NCBI GenBank assembly: GCA_977017645.1
Contig: OZ360239.1
Coordinates: 72,292,001-72,356,000 of the forward strand
Source of the DNA: Torpedo marmorata
Lineage: Eukaryota
Direction of reading: 5' to 3'
Length of the DNA stretch: 64,000 nucleotides
Position numbers and translations under genes: made by a program. The notes below the pieces were generated by a model. That model saw only the letters and a list, made by a program, of their open reading frames with translations. It did no database searches and had not been told where the DNA came from. Of the stretch, positions 25,128 to 38,356 are shown one piece after another; positions within the stretch are counted from its first letter, which is position 1; every line of letters begins with the position of its first letter.

Positions 25128-26478
25128 TAAAAAACACAAATGCTGGAGAAACTCAGCAGGTCAAACAGTGTCTTTTATGTAGCAACGGTAGAAATACATA
25201 ACCGACGTTTCGGGCTTCAGCCCTTCATCAAAGTATGAGAAAATGCCGGCAGGCGTCCGAACAAAAGAGTGAGGGGGGATGGGGGGGGGGTGGCAAAGGC
25301 AGGAGATGATAGGTGGAGAAAGGAGGGAGGGGACAGCAGCAAAGAGGGGGAGGAGGGATGGCTGGGTGGGTGGAAAAAAACAGGAAGGACAGGTGAGGGG
25401 AGGGGGGGAAGGAAAAGACAAGCAGGTTTAGTGGAAAGCAGAAAAGTCAATGTTAATGCCATCTGGCTGGAGAGTGCCCAGACGGAAAATGAGATGTTGT
25501 TCCTCCAATTTGCGGGTGGTCTGGGTGGGATAGTACATAAGACCATGGACAGACATGTGAGTGTGGGAGTGTGACTCGGAATTGAAATGGTTGGCTACTG
25601 GGAGGTCGCTGTTGTTGCAGACGGAGAGAAGGTGCTGAGCAAAGCGATCTCCCAATGTACGACTGGTCTCTCCGATGTAGAGAAAGCCACAAAGGGAGCA
25701 CCGAATGCAGTAAGTAAGTTCTCTGGATGTACAAGTGAAGTGTAGTTTCACTTGAAAGGCCTGTTTGGGGCCCCAGACCGTGGTGAGGGGGGAGGTGTGG
25801 GCGCAGGTGTTGCACCTCCTGCGGGCATAAGGGAAGGTGCCGGGGGTGCGATGGGTGGGGAGGGATGAGTGCACGAGGAAATCACGGAGGGAGCGGTCCC
25901 TGCGGAAGGCCGAGAGGGGAGGAGAAGGAAAAATGTGTCTGGTGGTGGGATCTTGTAGTAAGTGCCGGAAATTCCGGCGGATAATGTGTTGGATGCGGAA
26001 GCTGGTGGGGTGCTAGGTGAGGATGAGGGGGATTCTATGTTTGTTGCATCTGGGGGCAGAGGGGGCCAGGCCAGATGAGTGGGAAATGGAGGAGATGCGG
26101 GTGAGGGCTGAGTTGATGGTGGTGGAGGGGAAGCCAGGTTTGTGGAAAAAGGCAGACATTTCAGAAGATCTGGACTGGAACACCTCATCTTGGGAACAGA
26201 TGCGGCGGAGACGGAGAAATTGAGAGAAGGGGATGGAATCCTTGCAGGGGACAGGGTGTGAGGAAGTGTAGTCCAGATAGTTGTGGGAGTTGGAGAGTTT
26301 GTAGTAAATGTCGGTGGAAAGCTTGTCTCCTGAAATGGAGACAGAGAGATCCAGGAAGGGGAGAGTGTTATTGGAGATGGACCAGTTGAGTTTGAGATCG
26401 GGGTGGAAGTTGGATGCGAAGTGGATGAAGTTGACAAGCTCATCGCGGGTGCATGAGGCAGCCCGATGTAGTCGTCGA
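25128..26478 (-). mobile_element. Penelope-like element, 5'-truncated
   Basis: YCIRCSLCGFLYIGET GIY-YIG motif and a pLTR. Same family as 6464-8342. Confidence 0.9.
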
Positions 26479-26819
26479 AAGGAGGGGGCAGGGGGAGTGG
26501 TAGGAAAAGGTGAGAAGATTGTGCTGGGATCAAGGTAAAAGATCCTTCCAGGGTCAGGATATCAGTTGGTAAAATATATAGGACAGTGTGGAAGAGATGG
26601 AATCAATCATTGAAAAAACTAAATGGGATTGAGGATGAGTTGGAGTGATGACAGCCAACATTGGGAGCAGGGGGCAAAAATCAGCAGGTCGAATGACATC
26701 CGTGGATGCAAAGGGATGGTCGACCCTGCATAAGGACCATGGAGGGGATGGGGTTGCTTCTTAGCTTTGAGTCAACATTGATCATCATTCTTAGCTATGA
26801 GTCAACATTGATTAACATT

Positions 26820-28335
26820 GAACATCATTCAAGAGGGTGAACCCTCGCAAGGCGTCAGGCCCTGACAGCGTACCTGGCAGGGTACTGAAAACCTGCGCCA
26901 ACCAACTAGCCGGAGTGTTCACGGACATTTTCAACCTCTCATTGCGGCAGTCAGAGGTTCCCACCTGCTTCAAAAGGGCATCAATCATCCCGGTACCCAA
27001 GAAGAGCAGTGTGAGCTGCCTCAACGACTATCGCCCAGTAGCACTAACTTCTACTGTGATGAAATGCTTTGAGAGGCTGGTCATGGACAGAATTAACACG
27101 TACCTAAGCAACGATCTGGACCCACTGCAATTCGCCTATTGTCACGATCACTCCACAGCAGATGCAATATCGCTGGCTCTCCACTCAGCTCTGGATCACC
27201 TCGAAAACAGCAATTCATACATACGGCTGCTCTTCATCGACTACAGCTCGACCTTCATTACCATTATTCCCTCAGTGCTAGTCAAGAGGCTACAAACTCT
27301 AGGTCTCTGTACCCCACTCTGCAACTGGATCCTTGATTTTCTCATCGGAAGACCACAGTCAGTACGAATTGGAAACAACATCTCCTCCTCACTGATTATC
27401 AACACAGGCGCACCCCAAGGATGCGTGCTTAGTCTACTGCTCTACTCGTTATACACCTATGACTGTGTGGCCAGGCACAATTCCAATGCCATCTACAAGT
27501 TTGCCGATGACACCATAGTTGTCGGCAGAATCACAAACGGCAATGAGGAAGCGTACAGGAGGGACATAGATCAGCTCGTTGAATGGTGTAACGACAACAA
27601 CCTTGAACTCAACGTCAGCAAAACCAAGGAGATGATTGTGGACTTCAGGAGGAAGTCAGGGGAACACGACCCATTCCTCATCGAGGGCTCAGTAGTGGAG
27701 AGGGTCAAGAACTTCAAATTCCTGGGTGTCAACATCTCCGAGGATCTGTCCTGGAGCCTCCACGTTGATGCAATCACAAAGAAGGCTCGCCAGCGGCTAT
27801 ACTTTGTGAGGTGTCTGAGGAGATTCGGTGTGCCACCGAAGACTCTCGTAAACTTCTACAGGTGTACCGTGGAGAGCATCCTGGCTGGTTGCATCACTGC
27901 CTGGTATGGAGGCGCCAACTCTCAGGACAAGAATAAACTCCAGAGGTCTGTTAACTCGGCCTGTGACATCACAGGCACCAGACGTCACTCCATCGAGGAC
28001 ATGTACATGAGGCGGTGTCTTAAAAAATCAGCCTCTGTCCTCAAAGACCCCCACCACCCAGGCCATGCCCTCTTCACTCTGCTACCATCGGGAAAAAGGT
28101 ACAGGAGCCTAAAGACAAGCACTCAGCGGCACAAAGACAGCTTCTTCCCCGCTGCCATCAGATTCATGAATAATCAATGAACCAAAGACCATGCATTACT
28201 TTTCGTGCACTATTATTTATATTTTTTATAGTAATGTCATAAGATGGTTATAATATGAATGGTTGTACTATGATGCTGCCGCAAAACACCGAATTTCATG
28301 ACTTGTTCATGACAATAAATAAATTCTGATTCTGA
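26820..28335 (+). mobile_element. 5'-truncated Rex1/Babar LINE
   Basis: RT ORF followed by a CATGACAATAAA...TTCTGATTCTGAT tail. Confidence 0.92.
26837..28180 (+). pseudogene. Rex1/Babar RT, truncated open frame
   Basis: 447-aa frame with PQG and FADD motifs. Lacks APE and a native start. Confidence 0.85.
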
Positions 28336-29105
28336 TCTGTCTACTTACATCACAAAACTAAATGAAATGGTCTGAACTAAAGGCACAAAGCCAACGCATA
28401 CAGGGTTAGGTGGATTTCCTGAACAGAAAGTTGAAGGGTTGGAAATAGGGTTTTGATGCAGAGAGGAAAGGAAAATTTGAGTAATATAAACAGAAGGCAA
28501 ATCGTAAAGTAAAAGCTTTATCCCAGAGTAAAAATACCAAATGCTGGAGGACATGTGTTTCAGGTGAGGGTGAGGGGAAGTTTAAAGGAGATTTGCAGGA
28601 CAAGTTTTTTTAAACAGTGTGGTGGATGCTTGCCAGGGGCAGTGGTGGAGCAATGGCATCGAATAGGTTTCTCGATAAACACATGAATATGTAGGAAATA
28701 GAGGGATATATGAATCACGTGTAGGCAGAAGGAATGCAGTTTAATATGGCATCATGTTCGTCACACACATCATGGGCTGAATTGGCTGTTCCTGTGCTGA
28801 TAAACAAGAAAATCTGCAGATCATAGGGGTCTAGTGCAGTACACAAAAGTGCTGGAGAGACTCAACAGGTCATGCAGCATTCAGAGAAAATAAAAGGAAG
28901 TCAAAAGCCCCTTTCACACTGCTAAACCTTCAAAAAGGCGAGTAAACGACCCGTGTTGCAGTACCCGGTGAGCCGTTCACACTGGACCATGAATTACCTG
29001 GTTCATGTGGATATCGCGAATCTAAGGGGGGCCCAACCTCCAGCGGTGACGTAGCGAGTGACGCGTTACGTACTCGCAAGAAGTGCAATTTCTCAGTTCT
29101 CAATA

Positions 29106-30665
29106 ATGGCGGACGAATATGAGTTTCGGATGATGGCCCTGCAAATCTGTGGCTCTCTCACAAAACAGGCAAGTGTTATCAACATATTTATCAATAATAT
29201 GATGCAAACTGTGGCTGAAGAAGACTGTTTGTTATCGGAGAATATGAAGAGAAGCAGGGAGGTGTTTGAGGAGGAAACACAAGCAGAGCTGTCAAGCCGT
29301 AGACGAAGACGTCTGGTTATTTTGAGGCATTTTGAACGTCAAATTAATAATAGAACAATGTGGAGGAGAGAGAGACCACAGGGGCCCGTGTTCTGGTCCA
29401 ACATGCTATGTAAATATGATGACGAACAGTGGTGGAACCATTTTCGAATGTTTAGGAGCACCTTCATCTTTGTATGCGAGCTCCTCGAGCCAGAACTGAG
29501 GCACAGGGGAACAAACTGCAGAAAGCCTATGGAACCTCAGCTCTGACTTGCCATCGCTTTATGGTGGTATGCCACCCCACGTGAATATCGATCCATCAGT
29601 TGTCTCTTTGGTGTGAGTATCTCCACTGTGTGTACGGTGGTATCCCAAGTTACTGTCGCTTTGAGGGCGACCCTTATGAAACGTTTCATCGACCTGCCGA
29701 GTGGTGCACGCCTCCAGGAGACAATCGACAGGTTTGCAGAAAAAAATTATCCAATGTGTGCTGGTGCCATCGACGGCACACATATTCCCATCGTTGCCCC
29801 ACAGGAGGACGCAACATCCTACTTCAATCGGAAAGGGTGGCACTCCGTTATTCTTCAAGCTGTTGTTGATCACAACTGCCGGTAAGGATCATTTTGACTG
29901 AGTTAAAATTATCGGTCTTCACCGATGAGTGTTTTCCATATGACAATCAATACATTGTGCTTTTGTGGTTCCAGCTTCACAGATGTGTATGTGGGTTGGC
30001 CTGGTCGCACCCATGATGCTCGAGTTTTAGCCAACTCGTCCATTTACAGAAAGGATGCAGGCGGGTATCTCTTCCCACGTGAAGTAAGTCAATATGCCCC
30101 GCTGTACAGTGATGTTCGTGTAGCTCAAACAAATGAAATGTGTCTCCTTGCGACATGTGCATGAAAAGGTCACAAACGTGTGTATGTATAGACCTAAGGA
30201 GGGCCTGTATGAGATACCTAAACTTCTGCATTGCTCTGCCCACAGGTATCCAAAAACGTGAACGGAGTGGAAATACCTGCACATTTGATCGGGGACCCCG
30301 CCTACCCCCTCAGGAATTGGCTGATGAAGGGGTTCACGAACCACCATGCTCTTGATCAATGGAAGCGAAAATTCAATAACCATCTGAGCTTGGCACGGAT
30401 TGTGGTCGAGAATGCCTTTGGACGTCTCAAAGGTCGCTGGAGGCGCTTGAGCAAACGACTTGACATCAGTACCGCTTCAATGTCTGATGTTGTTATTGCC
30501 TGTTGTGTCCTGCATCATATATGTGAGATTAACAAGGATCACTTCTTTCCAGAGTGGAACACTTCTGAGGTGCAGGATTTCCCTAAGCCAGATAGAGTTC
30601 CTTATCGGGGTGCAACAGCGCGGGGACACCAGACTATCCGCGAGGCTATTATGTCCATTCTGTAA
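29106..30665 (+). pseudogene. Harbinger DDE transposase, 3 exons (29106-29881, 29975-30083, 30246-30665), one in-frame TGA at 29544
   Basis: Motifs GAIDGTHI, FTDVYVGWPGRTHDARVL, IGDPAYPL, VENAFGRLKGRW and ACCVLH. The GT-AG introns join the motifs in frame. Confidence 0.88.
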
Positions 30666-30921
30666 ACATCAGGCAAACTATAAAGCTTTTAAGTTCAACT
30701 TTATTGCAAAATGTCCCAAGACAAGTAGTGCAAATGATAAATGTAAAAGAGGTAGAACTGTTGGCAGTAAAAAGGGGTGGCAACAAAAATCATGTTAAGG
30801 TCTAAACATTTTAATAGTAAACATGTGAAACCATTAACTGCGAACAACTTTGTATAACCGCAAACAATACACCAATAAAAAACTTTCACAATACAAAAAG
30901 ATGCAGTGAGCTAACTTTATA

Positions 30922-32172
30922 TTAATCTTCCTGCAAGTAATGGAGAAAGGAGGAGGAAGAAGAAGGATTAAAAGATTTGTTTCCATCCTCCGATTGAGTC
31001 CTGCTGCCCTCCCCAGTCCCCGGAAAGGAATAATATTGAGGTGGGGAGGCAAGAGGGTATTGCAGGTGTTGTAGTCTTTGGTGCATTGGGGAGGATGGAT
31101 GTTGGAGGGAGGGAAGCAGAGGATGAAGGGGGATGGGCAGAGGGTGGAGGGAGGATCGCGGCGCGTGGAGGCGGACAGGAGAGTCAATCACACTCAGCAT
31201 ATCGCGCATCATACTAGTTTGCTCATGGATCTCCTGCTGCAGGCTTGCCATCATGTGTGCAAATCGATCCACGCTTCTCTCCCACACATTATGGTGTGTG
31301 CGCTGCATCCTCTCCTCTCACTCCACTCTCCTCTCATGACACAGGCGGTCACGCTCCTGGTCGATCTCCCTCAGATCTCCGTGGTGACCTCCTGTGTCTG
31401 GGTGGGCCTCCTCCTCTTCCCCCTCCACTCCGATCCTGCAGAGGAATGGAACACATGTGAAATGAGCCAGGTGACTCTTCATGGGCAAACGGAGGAAACA
31501 CATAGGAAAAATTGGACTCATGAACAATGCAGTTTTACCTGGCTGCTGTTGCGGCTCTGCAGTCGACGTGTTGGGGGCATTCGTTTAGTCCGTGGCCAAA
31601 TCCCTTGCACTGGTTTGCGCCACCGGCTCGGAGGCTGTCTCGCTGGCGGGGGGCGGCTCACTGGGGTGGCCCGTCTCGCTGGGGTGTCCCATCTCGCTGG
31701 GGTGGCCCGTCTCACTGGGGTGGCCCGTCTCACTGAGGTGGCCAGTCTCACTGGGGTGTCCCGTCTCGCTGTGGGGGGGGGGGGTGGTGTCTCGCTGGGG
31801 GTGGCTGTCTCGCTGGGGCATGCGGTGTCGCTGGGCCCCGGCCTCTCCAGGTTGGATCTCAGGGCCACAGGGAATGCCAATCGGCTGACACCCCCAGATC
31901 TGGTAGGCCAATTCAAAGTAAGGCCATTCCAGCCGGCCTCTTCCACTCCTACCATTATGATCAATTACCTGAAGAAACTTCTTGCGAAGATTCTTCAGTT
32001 GATTTATCACTTGTGTTTTGTCCCTGGAAAACCCTGCGTCCCTGAGCCTGGCGGTGACCCTCTCATACATAGGGCCATCTCTTACAGTCCACGTAAAATG
32101 TTTAGCCACCTCTGCCTCTGCTCTTATGGAGTGCAGCTCCCGCACCTCTCGATCCCCCCAGTTGGCAGCCAT
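30922..32172 (-). pseudogene. Harbinger Myb/SANT-like (trihelix) DNA-binding protein, frameshifted
   Basis: MAANWGDREVREL...KNLRKKF...WPYFE trihelix domain, then Pro/Ser/Thr repeats, a probable intron at about 31438-31538, and a coiled-coil-like C-terminus. Confidence 0.8.
31660..31835. repeat. 18-bp minisatellite (ctcgctggggtggcccgt) within the Myb gene
   Basis: About 9 degenerate tandem units. Confidence 0.85.
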
Positions 32173-32621
32173 AATCACAACACTAAAACTACAGTAACAA
32201 TACCACACACTAATACTAATACCTACACTAAAATCCTTCCAAATATAACTACACTGATATTAAAACTACACTGACACTACATTAAAATCGACACTAAAAA
32301 CTTTCCAAGACAGACCACACTAACCTTGCCTCCATTCTACCTGGGCACATTGACTTTTTTACCACCAGACTGACGCACGCACGCAGGCACTGACGTCACT
32401 AATGGTACCTGGTAGAGCCGGTTGCCCATTCACATTGCAGTCTACCAGGTACCAAGTCAAATCCGAGTCAACTCGGCCAGGCTCTGATACAACCCCCTAC
32501 CAAGTGTCAGAGCCCGTTGACTTTTACCCCCCCTGCCCGGTTGGGACCATTCACACTGCCAGGTGACCCACTAAATTGCCCGGTTCAACCCACGTTATTT
32601 GGCAGTGTGAAAGGGGCTAAA

Positions 32622-34115
32622 GTTTCAGGCCTGAGCCCTTCTTCAGGAGTGCCGATAATTAGGCAGGCACCTAAATAAGAAGGTGAGGTGGGGGTGGGGG
32701 AGGGAAGGAGAAGGAACATAGGCTATCAGGTAAGAGGTGGATACAGGTGGGAAGGCAGAAGAGAAAGAAGTTGAGAAATGATAGGGGGAGAGGACAGAGG
32801 GCTAAGAAAGATAGGGTTCTGATAGGGAAAGGAAGGGAAGGGGAGCTGGAGGAAGGTAGGAGGGATGAGGGAAAGACAAAGAGTGGTGGAGGGGGTTAAT
32901 GGAAATTGGAGGTTGATATTGATGCTGTCTGGTTTGGAGACTGCCAAGACAGAATATAAGGTATTATTCCTCCAATTTGTGTGTGGCCTCAACTTGGCAG
33001 TACATAAGTCCATGGACAGTCATGTCAGTGTGTGGCAATGGGGTGAGGAATTGAATTGCTTGGCCTCTGGGAGCTCCTTGCTGTTGTAGAGGATAGAGTG
33101 AAGGTTCTCAATGAAATGATCTCCCAGTCTACGTCCAGTCTCCCTGATGTAGAGGAGGCCGCATCGGGAGCAGCAGATGCAGTAAATGACCCCTACAGAT
33201 TCACAGGTGGACTATTGTTTCACTTGGAAGGGGTGTATGTGGACGTGAATAGTGGTGAGGGAGGAGGGAAAGGTGCAAGTGTAACATATCTTGCGGTCAC
33301 AGGGGTAGGTACTGAGGGGGTGATTCGTGGAAAGGGATGAGTGGACAAGGGAGTTGCAGAAGGAGCGATCTCTACAGAAAGCAGAGATAGGAGGGGAAGG
33401 GAAGATGTGTCTGGCAGTAGGATCCCATTGAAGATGGCGGAAATTACAGAGCATGATATGTTGGATGCAGAGGCTGGTGGGGTGGTAGGAAAGGACAAGG
33501 GGAACCCTGTCCTTGTGGGATCTAAGTCCTGGAAGCGGCCAGGACAAATGTGTGAGAAATAGAGTAGACATGGGTGAGGCTTGAGTTAATGCCAGTAGAG
33601 GGAAGCCTCTATTTCTGAAAAAGGAGGACATCTCAGCTGTCCTGGAATGAAAGGCCTTGCGTTGGGCGCAGATGCACTGGAGACAGAGGAATTGAGAGAA
33701 AGGAACAGAATCATTACAGGAGATGGGAACCATTTTGTTCGGGGGACTGCCTACATTTTGCTCATACCTTGATGAAAGGGCTCAAGCCCATAAAGTTGGT
33801 TATGTATCTTTATCTTTGTTATATAAAGTACACTGTTTGACCTGCTAACTTTCTCCAGCATTGTGTTTTTACTTCAATCACGGTGTCTGCAGACTTTTGT
33901 GTTTTTCTCCTGGGATGGGAAGAGGTGTACTCAAGGTAACTGTGGGAGATAGTGGACTTACAAAATATGTCTGAAGATAGTTTGTCTCCCAAAACGAAGA
34001 TAGGAGATCAAGAAAGGGGAGAGAGTTACCAGAGATGGACCAAGTGAATTTGAGGTCAGGTTGAAGTTGGCAGCAAAATGGATAAAGTTGATGAGCTCAT
34101 CATGGTGCAGGAGGC
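32622..34115 (-). mobile_element. Older Penelope-like element; its terminus at 28800-28905 is separated by the Harbinger
   Basis: PFSQFL...RVPLVLSYHPTSL homology to the other Penelope copies. A + strand pLTR piece sits at about 33735-33910. Confidence 0.8.
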
Positions 34116-34239
34116 AGTATATAACATCTAACCCTATTTTTTGCTAATTATTTTGCCCTTCAAAAGAAATTATAACTGGTCATTAATTAGCTCCAAAAAG
34201 AAAAAAAAACATTAATTTACAATGCCATGTTAAAGAGTT

Positions 34240-34890
34240 ATAGATGAGGACGAAATTAAGAGGGGGAAAAAGGGTCACGAGATATCCCTGGCAGATTAGG
34301 TAAAGGAGAATCCTAAAGATTCTGTGAGTACATTAAGAGCAGCAAGGTAACTGAGGAGAGAGTAGACCCTTAAGGACTGGTGTGGTCATCTATGTGCAGA
34401 GCCATGGGGGATGGGTGAAATCTAAAATGAATACTTCTCATCAGAATTTACTGTGGAGAAGGACATGGATGCTGATGCATCCAGAGAAGAGAACGGAGAT
34501 GTCCCAAAACATATTGACATTACGCAAGAGGATATGTTGGCAGTTTTGAATCACATAAGAAGGGAACGAGGCAGCAGAAAGGAAATTATAGACCTATTAG
34601 CTTGATGTTGGTGGTTGGGAAGCTGTTGCAGTCGATTGTCAAGGATGAGATTACAGAATTCCTGGAGGTGCATGAAAAGATAGGCCCAAGTCAGCATGGT
34701 TTTCTTAAAGGAAAATCATGCCTGACAAACATATTGCAAAATTTTTGAAGAGATCACAAGTAGGATAGACAGGGGAGATATTGTGCATTTGGACTTTCAA
34801 AGGGCCTTCGACAAGGTGCTTCACATAAGGCTGCTAAACAAGATGAGAGCCCATGAATTGCAGGAAGGATACTAGCATGGGAATACGGAC
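34240..34890 (+). mobile_element. CR1 LINE fragments
   Basis: NYRPISL, SQHGFLKGKSCLTN and LDFQRAFDKV motifs. Confidence 0.75.
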
Positions 34891-34925
34891 AGGAGATAAA
34901 TCTGAAATCTGAAAATGTGAAATCT

Positions 34926-36652
34926 TGATCTGAAAATGTAACATTCAAATCACATTCCCATTCATTCTTGATCCCTGTCATGGAGGCTACTCTGATTTCC
35001 AATAAATTATTATATATACATGACGTTAATCCACGTTGGAAAAAAAAACGTATATTAAAAAGTAAATCGAGAAAATTAGAACTTAAAATTCGAGGAAAAT
35101 TTGAAAGCTTAGACTGAACAAAATGTCTAATTTGTAAGTATCTAAAAAAATGTCTATTAGTAAGATTAAATTTATTGACCAATTGTTCGAAAGTGGCAAA
35201 ACTATCTCGAATAAAAAGATCATTAAAACTATGAATTCCCAATCTATACCATTCCCTAAATCCTACATCCATCACAGACGGCTGGAAAAGGTGATTATCT
35301 ATAATAGGACTAGCCAGAGAAAAGCTATTAAATCCAAAAAATGTTGTAAACTGTGCCCATATTCTCAACCTATATCTCAATAACGGGTTATGAGTTCATT
35401 TAAAAAATGAAAATGGTAAAAAGGATCCTAAAATTGCCAACATAGATGTTTTTTTTGAAAACTTCAATTCCATTTCCACCCAGGATGGGCGATTCTCTAA
35501 CTTATCAAAATGCAATAACAAAAGCAAATTACGAATATTAATCGCCCAATAATAAAATCTAAAATCTAGAAGTGATAACCCTCCATTCCTAATGCTCTTG
35601 ATCTAATTAACGCCTCATCTTTTTGTGCTAGACACTGTTTACTACAATTTAAAGTGGTGTATAGAATTCATATGTCTAAACTTAAACTATCACGTTTTTA
35701 CACCGACATAGATCCATTGTGTGAGAGATGTAAAATTTTTGAAGCTTCACTGATACATATGTTTTGGGAATGCCCCAATTTGGAGAGATTTTGGAAGGAT
35801 ATTTTTAAATCTTTATCATTGATTTTTAAGATTAATATTGAACCATGTCCTATAATTGCTGAGTTTCTCCAGCATTTGTGTTTTTTCGGACGCCTACCGG
35901 CATTTTTTCATACTTTGATGAAGGGCTCAAGCCCGAAACGTCGGTTATGTATTTCTACCTTTGCTACATAAAAGACACTGGTTGATCTGCTGAGTTTCTC
36001 CAGCATTTGTGTTTTTTACCTGTAACTGCTGTGTTTGGTTTTTCACGTGAACTTAACATACCTTTGTCTGCATCACAGGAAAAAGTTTTAGCTTTTTCCA
36101 CGTTGATTGCCAGACGAGCAATTTTATTGAAATGGAAAGATGAGTTGTCACCGACACATAGACAGTGGTTACTAGATGTAATGTCCTATCTGAGTTTGGA
36201 GAAAATTAGATATATTAAAGATAGAAAGTTTCAATTTTTAAAGATCTGGGGGCCATTCATTGAATACTATCATGATTGGAAGAATTAACAAAACTGACTA
36301 TCCTGGGGACTCTCTGTCCGATGCTTGGAGGTCGCTACAGGATCCATACCCTTTTTTACAACAACAAGGTAACCTTGCTTAGAGGGAGGGGTTAGAATAG
36401 ATTCGTTTTTTAGTGTTTTTTTTGTCTTTTTTTTTCTTTCTTTTTATTTTATTTTTGTGTTTTTTTAAAGAAGATAATTATAAGGAACTAGAGTTTTAAC
36501 CTATATTAAGAATTTAGTTACGAAAATTTACTTAGTTTTTTAAAATATGAATACGATCTGATTTTTTGATTTTTGAATGTTTTTCTTAATTTTGTTATTC
36601 TGTATACATGTTTATTGTTGAAACTCAATAAAAATATTTTTTAAATAAAAAT
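34926..36652 (+). mobile_element. L1-clade LINE with a 5' inversion (34926-~35590 minus, ~35591-36652 plus)
   Basis: ORF2 C-terminal motifs FFRYLQIRHF (minus) and CERC...HMFWEC (plus). AATAAA and an A tail. TSD aaaatgtgaaatct at 34912-34925 and 36653-36666. Confidence 0.85.
35862..36018 (+). mobile_element. Penelope pLTR mini-insertion inside the L1
   Basis: Direct terminal repeat gagtttctccagcatttgtgtttttt around a hammerhead-like core. ~13-bp imperfect TSD. Confidence 0.8.
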
Positions 36653-37002
36653 AAAATGTGAAATCTAATTGATCGTCCTTGTCATTGTAATCCTATACTC
36701 TGTACATTGTGTTCTGTACATACCGTATATTTCGGCGTATAAGTCGACCCTTGAAACCCTCAAAAATGTCTCAAAAAACGGGGGTCGACTTATACGCCGG
36801 ATATACTTTTGAGACCTTAAATTCAGCTCAAAATCGAGTTCACGCCGATCCGGCGTATAAGTCGACCCCTGAAAACACGATTCGGCGTATAAGTCGACCC
36901 CTGAAAACACGATTCGGCGTATAAGTCGACCCCTGAAAAACCAAAAAAAAACCCGACTGCAACAAATTTTCATTGACATTTTAATTGAAAACAACAAGAC
37001 AT

Positions 37003-38340
37003 TTAGAACCCTTCAAAATCACTTTCGCTATCATCGTCTGAGGCAAAGATCTCGGCAAGCACATCCGGGGTCTCACTGTTTAAACAGTCATCGTACGGGT
37101 CCCAGTCTGTATCTGATGAGGCGGCTTCAGCTTCGTCGTCAGTGTCCCACAATAAATCATCTTCCGTACCATCAATTGCACAAGAGATACCGCACTTTTT
37201 AAACGATTTTATTACAGTCTCTACTTTCACTTTGTCCCATGCCTTGAGCACGAAGTCACACAGCACATCAAGCGATGCAGCACGCATTGCCCCGCCTTTT
37301 GTAAATGATTTTTCTGCACTCGACATCCATGTATTCCACTCTTCACGCACGTGGTCTTTGAATGGCTTGTTCAAGCAGACATCGAGAGGTTGCAATATAG
37401 ACGTCAAACCACCCGGGATAACCGCCATGTGAGTATTATGTTGTGCTAATGTACTTTTAGTCTTCTCAGTTAAGTGGCTACGAAACATATCCCAGACCAG
37501 CAAACTCCGTTCCTTGCGTAAACCGCCTGGCCGCCTGTTCCACACATTGTCTATCCATAGTTTTACACCATTTTCATCCATCCATCCTTTTTCATGAAAA
37601 TGTACAAAAATACCTGCTGGGAAATTCATCTTAGGTTTAAGTTTGCGCTTGAAGATTACCATGGGTCTTAACTTTGTCCCGTCGGCCATGCACGATAACA
37701 CCGCAGTAAACCTGGTCCTTTCATGTCCTGTACTCCTGGTTTGTACAGTTTTCACACCTTTCCATTCCACTGTTCTATTGCCTATCATGTCAAAATTCAT
37801 GGGGGTTTCGTCCATGTTTCCAATATTTGCCAATGCAAACTTGTGTTTCTTCCGGTTACGTAAAATAAACTGGTGAAAACTTACAACTTTATGATCAAGA
37901 TCTTTTGGTAGTTTCTGAGCAATTTTAGTTTTTTGTCGTAATACCAGATTTTTCCTGTTCATAAAACGGTTGCACCAGCCTACTGAAGCTTCAAAATCAT
38001 TACTGAGTTCTGGGTGCGACTTTGCCCAGTTCAGTGCAAATGTTCTTATTTTATTTCGGGTGACTATGTAGCAATCTTGCCTCTGTTCACGTACCCATGC
38101 TGCTACATGATTTTCCAACTCTGGCCAACGAGTGATTCCTCTTCTCATGGAACATTGCCTTTTTGGTATTTTTCTTAAAGTCTCTTCTTTCTTCCTCCAA
38201 TCTCTTACCAACTTCTCATATATACCAAATTTTCTTGCAGCAGCACAGTTGTTGGTTTTCTTGGCCATTTCTATTACTTTCAATTTAAAACTCGCCTCAT
38301 ACTTTCATCGTTTCAATTGAGCCTTCAATGGAGCCTCCAT
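37003..38340 (-). CDS. pogo-type transposase (BrkDBD-like, HTH CENP-B, DDE_1); TGA at codon 12
   Basis: GNMDETP, VWDMFRSH and QPLDV, with 35 aa between the last two Asp. From ATG 38340 it reads MEAPLKAQLKR*KYEASFKLKVIEM. Confidence 0.88.
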
Positions 38341-38356
38341 AACAATCACCTCCAGC

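Larger units (their letters stand above)
28906..32618 (+). mobile_element. Complete PIF/Harbinger DNA transposon
   Basis: 17-bp TIRs AGCCCCTTTCACACTGC at 28906-28922 and 32602-32618. 3-bp TSD AAA. Two convergent genes. Inserted into a Penelope pLTR. Confidence 0.93.

Noticed and set aside
29106-30665. Host HARBI1 gene
   Set aside because: It lies between TIRs with a Myb partner and has an in-frame stop.
31078-32274. 398-aa + strand ORF
   Set aside because: It is antisense to the Harbinger Myb gene, kept open by a GC-rich minisatellite, and has no domain motifs.
37003-38340. Domesticated POGK/TIGD host gene
   Set aside because: Perfect TIRs, a TA TSD and a nonsense codon indicate a transposon copy.
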